DNA of 64,000 bases from Gemmatimonadota bacterium (GCA_039589315.1 JBDHHQ010000017.1:1-64000); one strand, 5' to 3'; counted from the stretch's first letter, positions 16,915-28,238 are shown. The notes: generated from the sequence alone by a model not told the origin. Numbers and translations are program-made.

Positions 16915-19543
16915 GTCGGCGCTCCCGAGGGCCGCCCGGGCCCTCCTCCGGTTGATTCCGCCTCGTCATCGCGAGCACGCCGGGGGCGACCTCGAGGAGG
17001 CCCACCGGGCTCGCCTCGCGAACGGAAGTGGCTCGGTCGCCTGGGTGGCGACGGTACTCGACGCCGGCCTCGTGGCGGGGGCTTTGGCCTGGGTCACGCT
17101 CATGGAGGGCACAGGGGCCCGGTTGAAGTTGGCGCACGAAGCCAGGTCGGCCGTCATCGGACTCTGGCGCTCCAGAGGACTCAGTGTCCTTTCGGTATCC
17201 GTCCTGGCCATTGGCATCGGCGCCACGGCTGCCAACCTCAGCCTCCTCCAGACCGTCGTGCTATCATCGCTTCCGTACGAGGACGCGGACCGCCTCGTGA
17301 CCATCTGGACCTGGTCGGAGCTGGACGGCGCTCGGGACGGCAGCTCCTACCTCAACGTGTCCGATTGGGCGGCGTCGACCCCGAGTCTCGAGTCGGTGGG
17401 ACTCTACTACCGGCCCGAGTTCACCCAGCGGACGGTCACCGGGGTGGCTCGCCCCTACCGCATCCAGGTCGGGGCGGTGGACGGGAGCTTCTTCGCCGCC
17501 GTGGGCGCTCGCCCGATCCTCGGACGAGCGCTCACTGCCGGGGACGGCCGCTTGCGGGCGCCGGTGGTCGTGCTGAGTCACGCCTTTTGGACCCGGTCGT
17601 TCGGCGCGTCGCCCGACGTGCTGGGGCAAACCATCGAGCTCGATGGGCGCCGTAGGCGCATCGTGGGCGTCATGGGCCAGGAAGTGGAGCTGCCTCGGGC
17701 TGGCACCCAGCTGTGGGAGCCCCACAGCCTCTGGACGGGGTTCCCCGACGACCTGGGTAACCGGCAGGACGACGAGTTCGGCGTGCTCGCCCGCATGAGC
17801 GCCGAAGCTACGCTCGACGGGGTCCAGGCCGAGTTGGATGCCGTATCGCTCCGACTGAGCGAGCTCTACGCCGAGCACAACGAAGGCCGCCGTGCCGTCG
17901 CCCGGCCACTCCGGGAAGAGGTAACGGGGGCCGACCTTCCGCATGCACTCTGGCTGCTGCTGGCGGCGAGTCTGGGGCTTCTGGTGGCGGCCTGTGCGAA
18001 CGTGGGTCAACTCTGGCTGTCGCGCGGCCTGGCCCGCACCCGGGAGCTCACCGTGCGGGCTGCGCTGGGAGCGAGCCGCCGCAGATTGACTGCTCTGCTT
18101 TTGATCGAGGCTGGCATCCTCTCGTTGATCGCCGCCGGCCTGGGGTTGTGGCTGGCGGACGCATGCCTCGGGCTCGTTCGTGCGCTCTCGCCGTCGGACA
18201 TTCCCCGAATCCGTGAGGTGGACCTCAGCCTGGTCGTCGTGGGCGTCGCCGTGGGAACCTCCACCGGCGTCGCCCTGATCGTATCGTGGTTGCCGGCTGC
18301 CCACCTGTCGCGCATCCAACCGGGGCAGGCTCTCCGCAGCGGGGTGCACGGTGCCCTATCAGGGTCCCGTCACCTCTCTCGAACCGTCTTCGTCGTGGCA
18401 CAACTGACTCTCGCCACCTTCCTGGTCGTGAGTGGAGCTCTGTTGTTCCGGAGCCTGCAGACCGCGGTGAGCGCGGATCCGGGCGTGGAGACGGACGGCC
18501 TCGCGGTGGCTCGTCTCTCCCTGCCTGCGGAGTCCTATCCCGACCTCGACGCCGTATGGGCCTTTTTCGACCAGGCGGTGCGGCGGGTCGAGTCCGTACC
18601 GGGAGTCTCATCGGCGGCAGCCGTGGAGGACTTCCTGCACAAACGGAACACCGCGAACGAGATCCACACACGAAACGAAGAGCAGCCGTTCAGGGGCCTG
18701 CGCGTCATTTCCGACGGTGTCACGCCCGGTGCCGTGAGGACCCTGGGGCTGCGGCTCGTGTCTGGCAGCGCGCTCGAGGCCCGGGACCGGTGGGGTGCGG
18801 GTGAAGATCGGCCTCTTCTGATCAACGAACGCCTCGCCGAGGGCCTTTGGCCTGGCGAGGAGCCGATCGGGCGCGAGCTCATGTTGGGTCGATACGATCC
18901 CGCCAAGCCATGGAATCGGGTCGTTGGCGTGGTGGAAACCGATCGGCGCCGGGGCCTGGACGAGGATCCGATCGGCCAGGTGTTCTTCGTCCTCCCGTTC
19001 CACGATATGGACTTCCTCATCCGTGCTTCCCTGCCTCTCGAGCAGGTCGCAGGCCCCGTGCGGGATGCAATCTCGTCCGTGGACCCCGATCTGGCGGTCG
19101 CGGACCTGATCCCGGCACGACACCTGCTCGACCGGACGATCCGGCTGCGCCGCGCACAGGCGTACCTGGTCGCGATCTCGGCGCTCGGTACGGTGGCGCT
19201 GGCGATGATCGGCGTCTTCGGGATCCTGGCGGAGTCGGTCGTCGCGCGGCGATCGGAGATCGGCGTCCGCATGGCCGTCGGCGCTCGCACGACGAAGGTG
19301 GTGGGTCTGGTGCTGCGGGACGGGTTGGCCCTGGCTGTGGGCGGCGTCGCGCTCGGAGTGCTGGGTGCGCTGCTGGGTGGCTCGTTTCTTCGCGCGTACC
19401 TCTTCGGCATCGAGCCGTGGGATTGGGTGGCCCTGACTCTGGCGGTGGCGACGATTCTGGCCTTGAGTGGAATCGCGAGCGCGGTTCCGGCCTGGCGCGC
19501 AGCACGCGTCGATCCGGTGCGCGCTCTCGGCGGCGGACACTGA
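16907..19543 (+). CDS. ADOP-type duplicated ABC permease (MacB/FtsX-like, two repeats)
   Basis: LPYEDADRLV, ACANV..L.L.R...R.RE...R.ALGASR, EIGVRMAVGA, PAWRAARVDP. Confidence 0.9.
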   Translation: MRESALPRAARALLRLIPPRHREHAGGDLEEAHRARLANGSGSVAWVATVLDAGLVAGALAWVTLMEGTGARLKLAHEARSAVIGLWRSRGLSVLSVSVLAIGIGATAANLSLLQTVVLSSLPYEDADRLVTIWTWSELDGARDGSSYLNVSDWAASTPSLESVGLYYRPEFTQRTVTGVARPYRIQVGAVDGSFFAAVGARPILGRALTAGDGRLRAPVVVLSHAFWTRSFGASPDVLGQTIELDGRRRRIVGVMGQEVELPRAGTQLWEPHSLWTGFPDDLGNRQDDEFGVLARMSAEATLDGVQAELDAVSLRLSELYAEHNEGRRAVARPLREEVTGADLPHALWLLLAASLGLLVAACANVGQLWLSRGLARTRELTVRAALGASRRRLTALLLIEAGILSLIAAGLGLWLADACLGLVRALSPSDIPRIREVDLSLVVVGVAVGTSTGVALIVSWLPAAHLSRIQPGQALRSGVHGALSGSRHLSRTVFVVAQLTLATFLVVSGALLFRSLQTAVSADPGVETDGLAVARLSLPAESYPDLDAVWAFFDQAVRRVESVPGVSSAAAVEDFLHKRNTANEIHTRNEEQPFRGLRVISDGVTPGAVRTLGLRLVSGSALEARDRWGAGEDRPLLINERLAEGLWPGEEPIGRELMLGRYDPAKPWNRVVGVVETDRRRGLDEDPIGQVFFVLPFHDMDFLIRASLPLEQVAGPVRDAISSVDPDLAVADLIPARHLLDRTIRLRRAQAYLVAISALGTVALAMIGVFGILAESVVARRSEIGVRMAVGARTTKVVGLVLRDGLALAVGGVALGVLGALLGGSFLRAYLFGIEPWDWVALTLAVATILALSGIASAVPAWRAARVDPVRALGGGH

Positions 19544-19679
19544 TCACGATCGGTCGGCCAGCGAACGGCTCCAGGGCGTCGCTGACCATGTGGTCGCGGC
19601 TTCGACGGGCCCGCGCCCCAAGCCAGCCGCCGGGAGCGCGCCTCATGGCAGTGGCCTAGCGGCCGGGCTCAGGCGCCGC

Positions 19680-22127
19680 TCACTCGTTCCTCAGCGCCAC
19701 CATGGGATCCACCCGGGTGGCCCTCCGAGCTGGCAGGGCGCACGCGGCCACGACGACCAGAATCACGAACAGGGGTGCCAACCCGAGCGCGACGGGGTCC
19801 GTCGGCTGGATCCCGTAGAGAATCGAGTCGAGGAGCCGAGCCAAACCGAGCGTGAGCACCAGGCCCAGCGCCACGCCCTCCAAGGCCAGCACTACCCCTT
19901 CACGCACCACGGTAATCCGAATCATCGCGGGCACCGCCCCGAGCGCCAGGCGGAGACCGATCTCCCTGGTTCGCTTGCTCACGGCGTACGCCAGCACGCC
20001 GTACAGTCCGATGCCGGCCAGAGCCAGAGCGATGGCGGCGTACCAGACAGCGAGGATGGCCGTGAATCGGGGCGTCTTCTCTTCCTCACCCAGACGAACC
20101 GCCAGCGGCTGGATATCGAAAACAGGCAGACCGGGAAGTGCATTCTGGACCCGGTCGCGCAGTGAAGCGGTCGCTGCCTCCGGAGTCCCCACGGCCGCCG
20201 CCACGAGCGTGATGGCGCGCTGCGGCTCCTGGGCGAAGCTGAAGTAGACATCCCGGGCGAACTCACCTCCAGGCCCCTGCCGCCCTCCCTGCTTGGCGTC
20301 GGCGACGACCCCCACCACGGTGGCCCACGCGTCCCGATTCCACCGCCGGAGCGTACTGCCCACTGCGTTCTGTCCGGGCCAGAGGTGCTCCGCAGCCCCG
20401 GCGCTGAGGACGACGACGGTGCGGCTGTCGGCTCTGTCTCTTTCCTCGATCCCCCGTCCGGCGATCAGCCGAAGTCCCAGGTCCGCGAAGGCTCCACCGC
20501 TTACGTAGTGGAATCGCACGAGCGGCAGCTCGTCGTCGGTGGCTTCGGGTCGGTCCAGCGGTCGCACGCGCGTATACCAGGTGGCCGCGCCAGGCACGTG
20601 CGGCGACCAGATCGATGCGCTCGCAATACCAGCAACCGATCGGGCGGCCTCCATCAAGTCCTCGGCAAGCACCGGCAGCTCCTCGTCGTCGTGTGTCTCG
20701 GTGGAAACCTCGACGCTGAGGGTGAGCAGGCCCTCCGGGTCGAACCCCTTGTCGTCGCTCTTCAAGGCCTGGAAGCTGCGGACCGCGAGTCCCGAGCCGG
20801 CCAGGAGTGTGAGAGCGGTGGCGACCTCCAGGACCACGAAGCCCCTCCTGAGCCGGGCATCCCGCTTCTGACCGACGCTCCTTCCTCCCCCCGAGGCGAG
20901 CGCGCCCTTCAGGTCGCCGCCCGCCCCGCCCACCAGCGGGACCATGCCGAAGGCGAGCCCTGTGAGGATCGACGCGCCCATGGCGACAGCCAGCATGGCA
21001 CCGTCTACCCGGGGCTCGACGAACGGAGGAAGGGGAACGGGAGAGACCGAGGCGAGGGTCCCCACCGCCAACGTGGCCAGGATCGCGCCGAGCCCACCCG
21101 CCACCAACGTGAGCACGACGGCCTCTGTCATCATCTGGGCGCCGATCCGGCGCCGCGAGGCTCCGAGCGCCCGGCGCAGCGCCACCTCGCGGCCACGCTC
21201 GCTCGCCCGCACGAGCAGTAGGTTGGCCACGTTAGCGCAGCCGATCAGCAATAGGAACCCCGCTCCCACGAGCAGCGCTACCACCGGTCCCTCGAGCGTT
21301 CCAAGGTAGAGCTCGCGCACTGGTTGAAACCGCGTCACCCACCCTTCGTTGCTCTGGGGATGCTCGGTGGCGAGCCGCTCTGAGAGGGCGGCGAGCTCGG
21401 CCCGTGCCTGCTCGACCGTCACCCCGTGCTGCAGCTTCCCCAGCACGGGAAGCTGTCGGATCGTCCGATTCTCCAGCACGTCGGGATGGATGAGCTCCGG
21501 GGCCATGACGACCGGCATCCAAGCGTCGGCCCGATTCTGGGGCTCCGGGAAGCTCACGAACCCCGCCTCCATCACCCCGACGACTTCGTACGGGCGTCCG
21601 TTGATGCCTACCGACCGACCGACGATCGCGGGGTCCTCCCCGAAGCGACCCCGCCAGAGCTCCTGGCTGAGGACGATCACCGGGTGCTTACCCGCTCCGC
21701 CCGAGACCTCGTCACCGAAGAGTCGGCCGACGACGGCGCGGGCGCCGGTGATCTCGAAGAGCTCAGGGGAAACCACGCTGGCCTCGAGCGTCTGGGCGCC
21801 GTCGCCGGCGGTCAGGACGACTCGCACCCGCCCACGGGCGATCGCCAGGGCTTCGAAGGACTCCAGATCGCGCCACTCGAGGAAGTTCCGGTACGAGGTG
21901 AGGACCTCAGGCATCCCGCCAGCGTCGTTGGCCTCGTACAGCGAAACCAGCCGGTCACCGTCCGGATAGGGGAGGGCGTCGAGAAGGATCGATCGGGCCA
22001 GGCTCCCCACGGCCACGCTGGCCGCGAGGCCGATCGTCAGTATGCCGACGGCCGTGGCCGAGAATGATGGCCGGCGAAGAAGGGCCCGGCACGCGGCCCG
22101 GACCTGTTCGATCGATTGAGTGACCAC
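19680..22127 (-). CDS. ADOP-type duplicated ABC permease
   Basis: LPYPDGDRLV, LLIGCANVANLLL.RA..R.RE.ALR.ALGASR, RTREIGLRLALGA, PARRATRVDPMVALRNE. Confidence 0.92.
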   Translation of the reverse strand: MVTQSIEQVRAACRALLRRPSFSATAVGILTIGLAASVAVGSLARSILLDALPYPDGDRLVSLYEANDAGGMPEVLTSYRNFLEWRDLESFEALAIARGRVRVVLTAGDGAQTLEASVVSPELFEITGARAVVGRLFGDEVSGGAGKHPVIVLSQELWRGRFGEDPAIVGRSVGINGRPYEVVGVMEAGFVSFPEPQNRADAWMPVVMAPELIHPDVLENRTIRQLPVLGKLQHGVTVEQARAELAALSERLATEHPQSNEGWVTRFQPVRELYLGTLEGPVVALLVGAGFLLLIGCANVANLLLVRASERGREVALRRALGASRRRIGAQMMTEAVVLTLVAGGLGAILATLAVGTLASVSPVPLPPFVEPRVDGAMLAVAMGASILTGLAFGMVPLVGGAGGDLKGALASGGGRSVGQKRDARLRRGFVVLEVATALTLLAGSGLAVRSFQALKSDDKGFDPEGLLTLSVEVSTETHDDEELPVLAEDLMEAARSVAGIASASIWSPHVPGAATWYTRVRPLDRPEATDDELPLVRFHYVSGGAFADLGLRLIAGRGIEERDRADSRTVVVLSAGAAEHLWPGQNAVGSTLRRWNRDAWATVVGVVADAKQGGRQGPGGEFARDVYFSFAQEPQRAITLVAAAVGTPEAATASLRDRVQNALPGLPVFDIQPLAVRLGEEEKTPRFTAILAVWYAAIALALAGIGLYGVLAYAVSKRTREIGLRLALGAVPAMIRITVVREGVVLALEGVALGLVLTLGLARLLDSILYGIQPTDPVALGLAPLFVILVVVAACALPARRATRVDPMVALRNE

Positions 22128-22385
22128 AACGACCTCCCTTCATCCACACAATCACAGAATTGTATGTAAAATAAGCACACAATAGGAAGATACTGTTGCC
22201 TATTTCTTCGTCAACTGATACACTCAGGCTATATTGTACTGTTTCGTCGGTGCTCGGCGGTCGACGCCTTGCGTTCGTCCGAGGACCGAACGTGGCGGCC
22301 ACGATCCGGCCGCCACGGATCCGTGGGGGCACGCCTGTCGGAGCGGGCGTCCTTCCCGCCCTTACAACGTAGAAGACCGCATGCC

Positions 22386-23861
22386 GTGAAAATCGAGATT
22401 CCCCTCGAGCGCGGAGTTGGAAAGCCCGGGCCCCTCTATCGCCAGATCGCGGATGCCATACAGGGTCTGGTGCGAGCGGGGATGTTGGTTCGAGGCTCCA
22501 GACTGCCCGCGGTTCGGGAGCTTGCCGATCAGCTTTCCGTCACGCCCGCCACGGTACAGAGTGCCTACGAGGAGCTTCGAGAGCGTGGACTTGCCGAGGG
22601 TGTCGTGGGCCGAGGCACGTTCGTGCGGCCTGTCGGACTCCCGTCGCCTCCGTCCGCGAACCGAGGGGAGATGGAGCCGGAGGTGTTGGTGGAGCTGGCC
22701 GCGTTGGAAGGTCTGGAAGGCGTCATGGCCATGGCTCAGGGAAACGGCGACAGCCGTCTCCATCCCACCGCGCCCTTCATGGCATGTCTCCGGTCCGTGG
22801 AGCGACGGGCACCGGACCTGCTCGGGTACGGCCCGGCGGCCGGCCTGCCCGAGCTCCGCGCGGAGTTGGCAGCGCGTCTCCGGCGGCGCGACATCGAGGT
22901 GGAGCCCGCCCAGGTGATCGTGACGTCGGGTGTCACCCAAGCCCTGGATCTGGTGGTGGGGACGCTTTGCCGACCGGGGGACAAGGTCCTGGTGGAGTCT
23001 CCCACCTACCTGGGCATGCTCGCGATTCTCCGCAAGTGGCAGGTCAGCCCCGTTCCCGTGCCCTTCGAGGAGGCCGGGCCGAACCTCGACGCGTTCGCGA
23101 GAGCCCTCCATCGCGACCGGCCCCGGCTGTACTACACGGTTCCCACCTTCCACAACCCGACCGGACGGACGATCTCGTTGGGGCGGAGGGCGGAGATTCT
23201 GGGGCTGGCGCGGGAGCACGACCTCCTGATCGTCGAGGACGACATTTGCCGCGACATCCAATTGGTCGGGGATCCCCCTCGGGCGTTCAAGGCGTTGGAC
23301 GGCTTCGGTCAGGTGATCTACACGGACGGGTTCAGCAAGTCACTCATGCCGGGGGTGCGAACGGGGTACCTGCTTCCCCCCCGGCGCCTGATGGCGCGCC
23401 TCGTCGACACGCATAGGACTCGCTCTCTTTGCGGGCCGGGGTTGATGCAGGCGGCCCTGACGGAGTTCCTTCACCGCGGTCAGCTGGAGTCACACCTCGA
23501 GCGCGTGCTTCCGATCTATCGGGACCGCAGGCTGGTCTTGCTCGGGGCCCTCGAAGCGCACATGCCGCCCGGGGTGAGCTGGACCGAGCCGGAAGGGGGG
23601 TACTGCCTGTGGCTGAAGCTGCCCGGTGGCGTGGGGTCCTCGGACGGCTTTCGCGCCGCCATGAGCTCCGGCGTGGCCGTGGCCCCAGGCGATCCGTTCC
23701 TGCCGGCGCCGGACGGATCGGGTCATCTACGCCTGTCGTTCGGCGGCATCGATTCAGACAGTATCGCGCCGGCCGTGGAGCGACTGGCCCAAGGCCTTCG
23801 GGGTGTCACGGTGGAGGCGGTACCGCGCCCCCCTCTCGCGGATCTCATGCCGTTGGTGTGA
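22386..23861 (+). CDS. MocR/GabR-type regulator (GntR HTH plus PLP-dependent aminotransferase domain)
   Basis: PLYRQIAD, RLPAVRELA..L.V...TV..AY, GRGTFV; ESPTY, TFHNPTG, IVEDD, FSKSLMPGVRTG. Confidence 0.9.
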   Translation: MKIEIPLERGVGKPGPLYRQIADAIQGLVRAGMLVRGSRLPAVRELADQLSVTPATVQSAYEELRERGLAEGVVGRGTFVRPVGLPSPPSANRGEMEPEVLVELAALEGLEGVMAMAQGNGDSRLHPTAPFMACLRSVERRAPDLLGYGPAAGLPELRAELAARLRRRDIEVEPAQVIVTSGVTQALDLVVGTLCRPGDKVLVESPTYLGMLAILRKWQVSPVPVPFEEAGPNLDAFARALHRDRPRLYYTVPTFHNPTGRTISLGRRAEILGLAREHDLLIVEDDICRDIQLVGDPPRAFKALDGFGQVIYTDGFSKSLMPGVRTGYLLPPRRLMARLVDTHRTRSLCGPGLMQAALTEFLHRGQLESHLERVLPIYRDRRLVLLGALEAHMPPGVSWTEPEGGYCLWLKLPGGVGSSDGFRAAMSSGVAVAPGDPFLPAPDGSGHLRLSFGGIDSDSIAPAVERLAQGLRGVTVEAVPRPPLADLMPLV

Positions 23862-23886
23862 GGTTGTCACACGCCTGGGGAAGACC

Positions 23887-24855
23887 CTACACGAGATGGC
23901 AGGCCACCTCATGCTCTCCGTCCAGAGTCCGGAGCACGGGCTCTTCCGTCCGGCAGCGCGCCTCGGCATACGGGCACCGCGTGCTGAAGCGGCAGCCCGG
24001 AGGAGGTGAGGCCGGGCTGGGCGGGTCTCCCGCAAGCACGATCCGCTCCCCACCCCGCCGTCTGGAGGGAACCAGGCGGCCGACCGAGGAGAACAGGGCC
24101 TTCGTGTAGGGATGCTGGGGCCGCTCGAAGAGCGCGTCTGCGGCTCCCATCTCCACGATCTTCCCCAGGTACATCACTGCGACCCGGTCGGACAGATGCC
24201 GGACCATTCTCAGGTCGTGGGAGATGAAGAGGTAAGTGAGGCCCAGGCGATCCTGCAGCTCCTCCAACAGATTCACGATCTGCGCCTGGATCGAGACGTC
24301 CAGGGCGGAGATCGGCTCGTCGCAGACGATCAGGTCGGGCTCGAGCGCCAGAGCCCGGGCGATCCCGATTCTCTGTCGCTGTCCACCGGAGAACTCGTGA
24401 GGTGACCGGCGCGCGTGCGAGGGATCGAGTCCCACGATCCCGAGGAGCTCGCCGACGCGCTCCCTGCGTTCCGCCCGGCCGAGGGTAGTGTGCTCCAGCA
24501 GCGGCTCGCCCACCGATCGGCCGATGCTCATGCGGGGATCCAGCGACGCATAAGGGTCCTGGAAGATCATCTGCATGCGGGGCCGCAGCGCTCGCAGCTC
24601 ACGGGCGCTCAGCTCGCCCAGGTCCATGCCGCCGAAGACGACGCGGCCCGCCGTAGGCTTGGCCAGCCGGACGACCGCTCGTGCCGTGGTCGTCTTGCCA
24701 CACCCGCTCTCCCCGACCAGCGCCAGGGTCTGGCGCCGTCCGACTTCGAACGACACGCCGTCCACGGCCCGGATCGCTCCGACGGGGCGCTGTAAGGCCC
24801 CGCGGCGCACCGGAAAGTGCTTCTCCAAGCCGACCACTTCGAGGAGCGCCGACAC
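23887..24855 (-). CDS. Oligopeptide/dipeptide ABC transporter ATP-binding subunit (OppF/AppF-like)
   Basis: [25 protein letters not shown]-terminal GCRF.TRC. Confidence 0.93.
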   Translation of the reverse strand: MSALLEVVGLEKHFPVRRGALQRPVGAIRAVDGVSFEVGRRQTLALVGESGCGKTTTARAVVRLAKPTAGRVVFGGMDLGELSARELRALRPRMQMIFQDPYASLDPRMSIGRSVGEPLLEHTTLGRAERRERVGELLGIVGLDPSHARRSPHEFSGGQRQRIGIARALALEPDLIVCDEPISALDVSIQAQIVNLLEELQDRLGLTYLFISHDLRMVRHLSDRVAVMYLGKIVEMGAADALFERPQHPYTKALFSSVGRLVPSRRRGGERIVLAGDPPSPASPPPGCRFSTRCPYAEARCRTEEPVLRTLDGEHEVACHLV

Positions 24856-25887
24856 CTACGCCATCCCTCTCGGGCCGTCGGCCTGGACGTCCCACCAGCA
24901 GGCGACCCGGCCGCCTCCCTCCACCGGCGTGAGGGGGGGCGCCTCCAACCGGCACCGGTCGAAGGCGTGCGGGCACCGTGGGGCGAAGGCGCACCCCACC
25001 GCCTCGCTGGTCATGTCTGGTGGCTGACCCGGTATGGTGGACAGGCTCGCGGCCTTGGGCCCGTCCAGAGTCGGAAGAGATGCCAGCAGGCCGCGGGTGT
25101 ACGGGTGCTCCGGGGAGGCGAAGAGGCGGCTCGTTCGCGCCTGCTCCACGATCATGCCTCCGTACATGACGGCCACGCGGTCGGAGAGGTGGGCGACCAC
25201 GCTCAGGTCGTGGCTGATCCAGATCATGCCCATGTCACGGGTGGTCCGGAGCTCGTGCACCAGATCGAGAATCTGCGCTTGAATGGTCACGTCGAGGGCC
25301 GTCGTCGGCTCGTCCGCGATCAGCAGGCTCGGGCCACACGACAGGGCCACGGCGATCATGACACGTTGGCACATCCCACCGGAGAACTGGTGTGGGTAGT
25401 CGTCCAGTCGGGCCTCGGGCTCCGGTAGGCCCACGGAGCGTAGCAGCTCGACCGCCCTGGCTCGGGCATCCTTGGGCCGCAGCCTCAGGTGCACCTCCAG
25501 CCCTTCGGTGAGCTGGCGACCGACGGAGAGGGTGGGATTGAGAGAGCTCGTGGGATCCTGGAAGATCATCCCGATCTCCGCTCCCAGAACGCGGCGCATT
25601 CCCTCGTCATCCAGGGAGAGCAGGTCCAGGTCGTGGAAGCGTACTTCCTCAGCGGCGACCTGCGCCCTCTCGCGCGGCAGCAGCCGGAGCAGGGACAACA
25701 CCGTCGCCGACTTGCCGCAGCCGCTTTCGCCCACGAGGGAGAGCGTCTCTCCGCGTCGCAGCGAAAGGTCGACGCCGTTGACCGCGTGGACCGGGCCCCT
25801 CGGCGTGAGGAACCGGGTCCTCAGTCCGCGGACGCTCAGCAGCGCTTCTGCTGTGCCGCCCTTGGCCTCGCGCGTCTCAACGATCAT
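24856..25887 (-). CDS. Oligopeptide/dipeptide ABC transporter ATP-binding subunit (OppD/DppD-like)
   Basis: [42 protein letters not shown]. Confidence 0.93.
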   Translation of the reverse strand: MIVETREAKGGTAEALLSVRGLRTRFLTPRGPVHAVNGVDLSLRRGETLSLVGESGCGKSATVLSLLRLLPRERAQVAAEEVRFHDLDLLSLDDEGMRRVLGAEIGMIFQDPTSSLNPTLSVGRQLTEGLEVHLRLRPKDARARAVELLRSVGLPEPEARLDDYPHQFSGGMCQRVMIAVALSCGPSLLIADEPTTALDVTIQAQILDLVHELRTTRDMGMIWISHDLSVVAHLSDRVAVMYGGMIVEQARTSRLFASPEHPYTRGLLASLPTLDGPKAASLSTIPGQPPDMTSEAVGCAFAPRCPHAFDRCRLEAPPLTPVEGGGRVACWWDVQADGPRGMA

Positions 25888-25926
25888 GAGCTCGTGCCTG
25901 ACGGCGAGCCGGCTGCTTCGAGCCGC

Positions 25927-27069
25927 TCACTGGGCCCGATTCCGGTCGGAGAGGGGGCCCGGCGCGAGCAGGGCCGCCGGGATGTCCAGCTTCCGGTAGA
26001 AGTCCTCCAGGACCACCCACCTGCCCGTCTCCTGGGATTCGACGCACGCCTGCACGACGCCGAGGCTCTTCAGGTGATCACGAGCCGTGGTGACCGGCGC
26101 CTCACGGTCGCGGATAGCTCCTACCAGCTCGAGGAGAAGCCCCCGACTGTCGTCCAGAAACGCCGTGCATGGCTCGAGCTCCTCGACGATCAGGGGTTCG
26201 GCCTCGACGCCCGTCTTGAAGCGCGGTCCGGAGAGCCCCAACTCCGGGCGGAAGTCGACCCGGACGAGATCGTCGAACTGGCGTCGCTGGATCAAAGCTC
26301 CCGACTCGAAGTCGCTCCTCCAGCGGAAGGACATCTTGTTCCAGCTCGCGGTCCAAGTGCCCATGTAGTTCACCCGCGCCCCGTTGCCCAGGCGGAAGAG
26401 CACAGAGACGCAACAGTCGTCGTCGTAGCGGCTCCAGGAGGGTCTCCACGAATCGGCGACCAGTGCCGCAACCTCTGTGCGGTAGCAATACCGGATCAGA
26501 TCGAAGTGGTGGATGCTCTGCTCGAGGAGCATGGGATTGGGCATGCGCATGGTGTAGTCGTTGAGGTCGCTCCGGTGGCCGTCCCTGTGCCGCAGGTACG
26601 AGAACTGGGCATGGCTCAGGGCACCGAGCTGGCCCCCGTCGGCGTAGCTCCGGATCCGCTGGGACGTGGAGAGGTAGCGGAAGTTCATGCCGACCAGGAG
26701 GTGGAGGTCGTGCCTGTCCGCGCGTTGCACGACGTCGACGACCTCGTCGATGTCCTCGGACACGGGCTTCTCGCAGAGCACGTGGCAGCCGGCGGACAGC
26801 GCCTCGCTGACGAGTCCGTGGTGGCTTGAGGGTGGGGTGGCCACGATGACGGCGTCGGGGGCCGCTTCGCGCAAAGCCGACGTCAGATCTGTGGCGACGA
26901 CCGGGCCTTCGGGCGAGGCTTCGTCGGCCGCCTCGCTGGCCCGGGAAGGATCCTGGTCGACGACGCCCACCAGCCTGACGCCGGGCGTCTCGGACACCAC
27001 CCGGGACCAGGTGCGGCCTCTGACCCCGGCACCGACGAGGAGGACCCGGACCTCTCCCGTGTCGATCAC
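25927..27069 (-). CDS. Gfo/Idh/MocA family NAD(P)-dependent oxidoreductase
   Basis: LLVGAG..G, VATPP..H, HVLCEKP, GMNFRY, EQSIHHFD; GTG start overlaps the upstream stop (GTGA). Confidence 0.88.
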   Translation of the reverse strand: MIDTGEVRVLLVGAGVRGRTWSRVVSETPGVRLVGVVDQDPSRASEAADEASPEGPVVATDLTSALREAAPDAVIVATPPSSHHGLVSEALSAGCHVLCEKPVSEDIDEVVDVVQRADRHDLHLLVGMNFRYLSTSQRIRSYADGGQLGALSHAQFSYLRHRDGHRSDLNDYTMRMPNPMLLEQSIHHFDLIRYCYRTEVAALVADSWRPSWSRYDDDCCVSVLFRLGNGARVNYMGTWTASWNKMSFRWRSDFESGALIQRRQFDDLVRVDFRPELGLSGPRFKTGVEAEPLIVEELEPCTAFLDDSRGLLLELVGAIRDREAPVTTARDHLKSLGVVQACVESQETGRWVVLEDFYRKLDIPAALLAPGPLSDRNRAQ

Positions 27070-28238
27070 AGGCGGGCGATGAACTGCCCCATCCGCTCGA
27101 GGGCCTCCCGAATGGCGCTCTGGGAGGACAACAGCGTGATGCGCACGTGCTGGTTTCCGGGATCGGCGAACATGGTGCCCGGGAAGATCATGACCCGTTC
27201 CTGGCGCAGCAGCTCGAAGCAGAACGTCTCCGCGTCCATCCCGGTGCTCGAGACGTTGGCATACACGTACATGCCCCCACCTGGCCGGCCGTAGGTGATC
27301 CCCAGCCCATCCAGCCCCTCGAGGATCAGGTCGAGTCGCTCCTGGTACTCCTGGAGCATCCCCGCGACTGCCGCGTGGCCCCCTTCGAGCGCCGCAATGG
27401 CACCGCGCTGAAGGGCCGGGGGCGTGCAGATGCTCATCGTGTGCTTGATCTCGACGGCGGGCTCCATGAGCCAGGCGGGGGCGGCTAGATAGCCGACCCG
27501 CCAGCCCGTCATGGCGTACGCTTTGGAGAAGCCGTTCACCGTTACCGTGCGGTCGTACAGCGACCCCAGTCCGGCCAGGCTGTGGTGCGTGGCCCCGTCG
27601 AAGAGGAGCTTCTCGTAGATCTCGTCCGAGATCACCAGCAGGTCCTTCTCGCTCGCGAGCTCCGCGATCTCGAGGAGATCCTCGCGGCCGGTCAGGCCAC
27701 CTGTGGGATTGTTGGGGTTGGCTACCACCAGCAGCTTGGTCCGGTCGGTAACGACCTTCCGGATGGCGGGGGCCTTCAGGGCAAAATCGTCTTCCTGCCG
27801 GGTCGGGACATCCACGACCCGTCCGCCCGCCAGGTTGACCATGTAGTCGAAGGCGTTGAAGCGGGGCGCCTGCAGGATCACCTCGTCGCCCGGATCGACC
27901 AGCGCCAGGATGGCGATCAAAAGGGCTTCCTGACACCCGTTAGTGACGAGGATCTGATCGGGCGCGTAGCTCAAGCCGTTGTCCAGATCGAGCTTGGCTG
28001 AGATCGCCTGCCGGAGCTCCATCAGGCCAGCGGGCGCCGTGTAGTGGGTTTCGCCCGCCTCGAGGGCGCGCATGCCTTCCCGGACGATGGACGGCGGTGT
28101 GTCGAAGTCCGGATCCCCACGCCCCAACGTGACCACGTCGTCCAGACCCGAAGCGAGCTTCAACATGCGGGTGCGGATGCTGGCTTTGACGCTGATCGCC
28201 CGCGCAGCGAGGTGCGACGTCCCGGTGGCGTGCGTCAT
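27066..28238 (-). CDS. PLP-dependent aminotransferase, class I/II
   Basis: G.PDFDTP, THYT..G..ELR, NPNNPTG, SDEIY, NGFSKAYAMTGWRVGY. Confidence 0.93.
   Translation of the reverse strand: MTHATGTSHLAARAISVKASIRTRMLKLASGLDDVVTLGRGDPDFDTPPSIVREGMRALEAGETHYTAPAGLMELRQAISAKLDLDNGLSYAPDQILVTNGCQEALLIAILALVDPGDEVILQAPRFNAFDYMVNLAGGRVVDVPTRQEDDFALKAPAIRKVVTDRTKLLVVANPNNPTGGLTGREDLLEIAELASEKDLLVISDEIYEKLLFDGATHHSLAGLGSLYDRTVTVNGFSKAYAMTGWRVGYLAAPAWLMEPAVEIKHTMSICTPPALQRGAIAALEGGHAAVAGMLQEYQERLDLILEGLDGLGITYGRPGGGMYVYANVSSTGMDAETFCFELLRQERVMIFPGTMFADPGNQHVRITLLSSQSAIREALERMGQFIARL

Noticed and set aside
27070..27936. Long N-terminal extension of the Gfo/Idh/MocA ORF (669 aa in the ORF track)
   Set aside because: It overlaps the aminotransferase in another frame; the real start is the coupled GTG at 27069.
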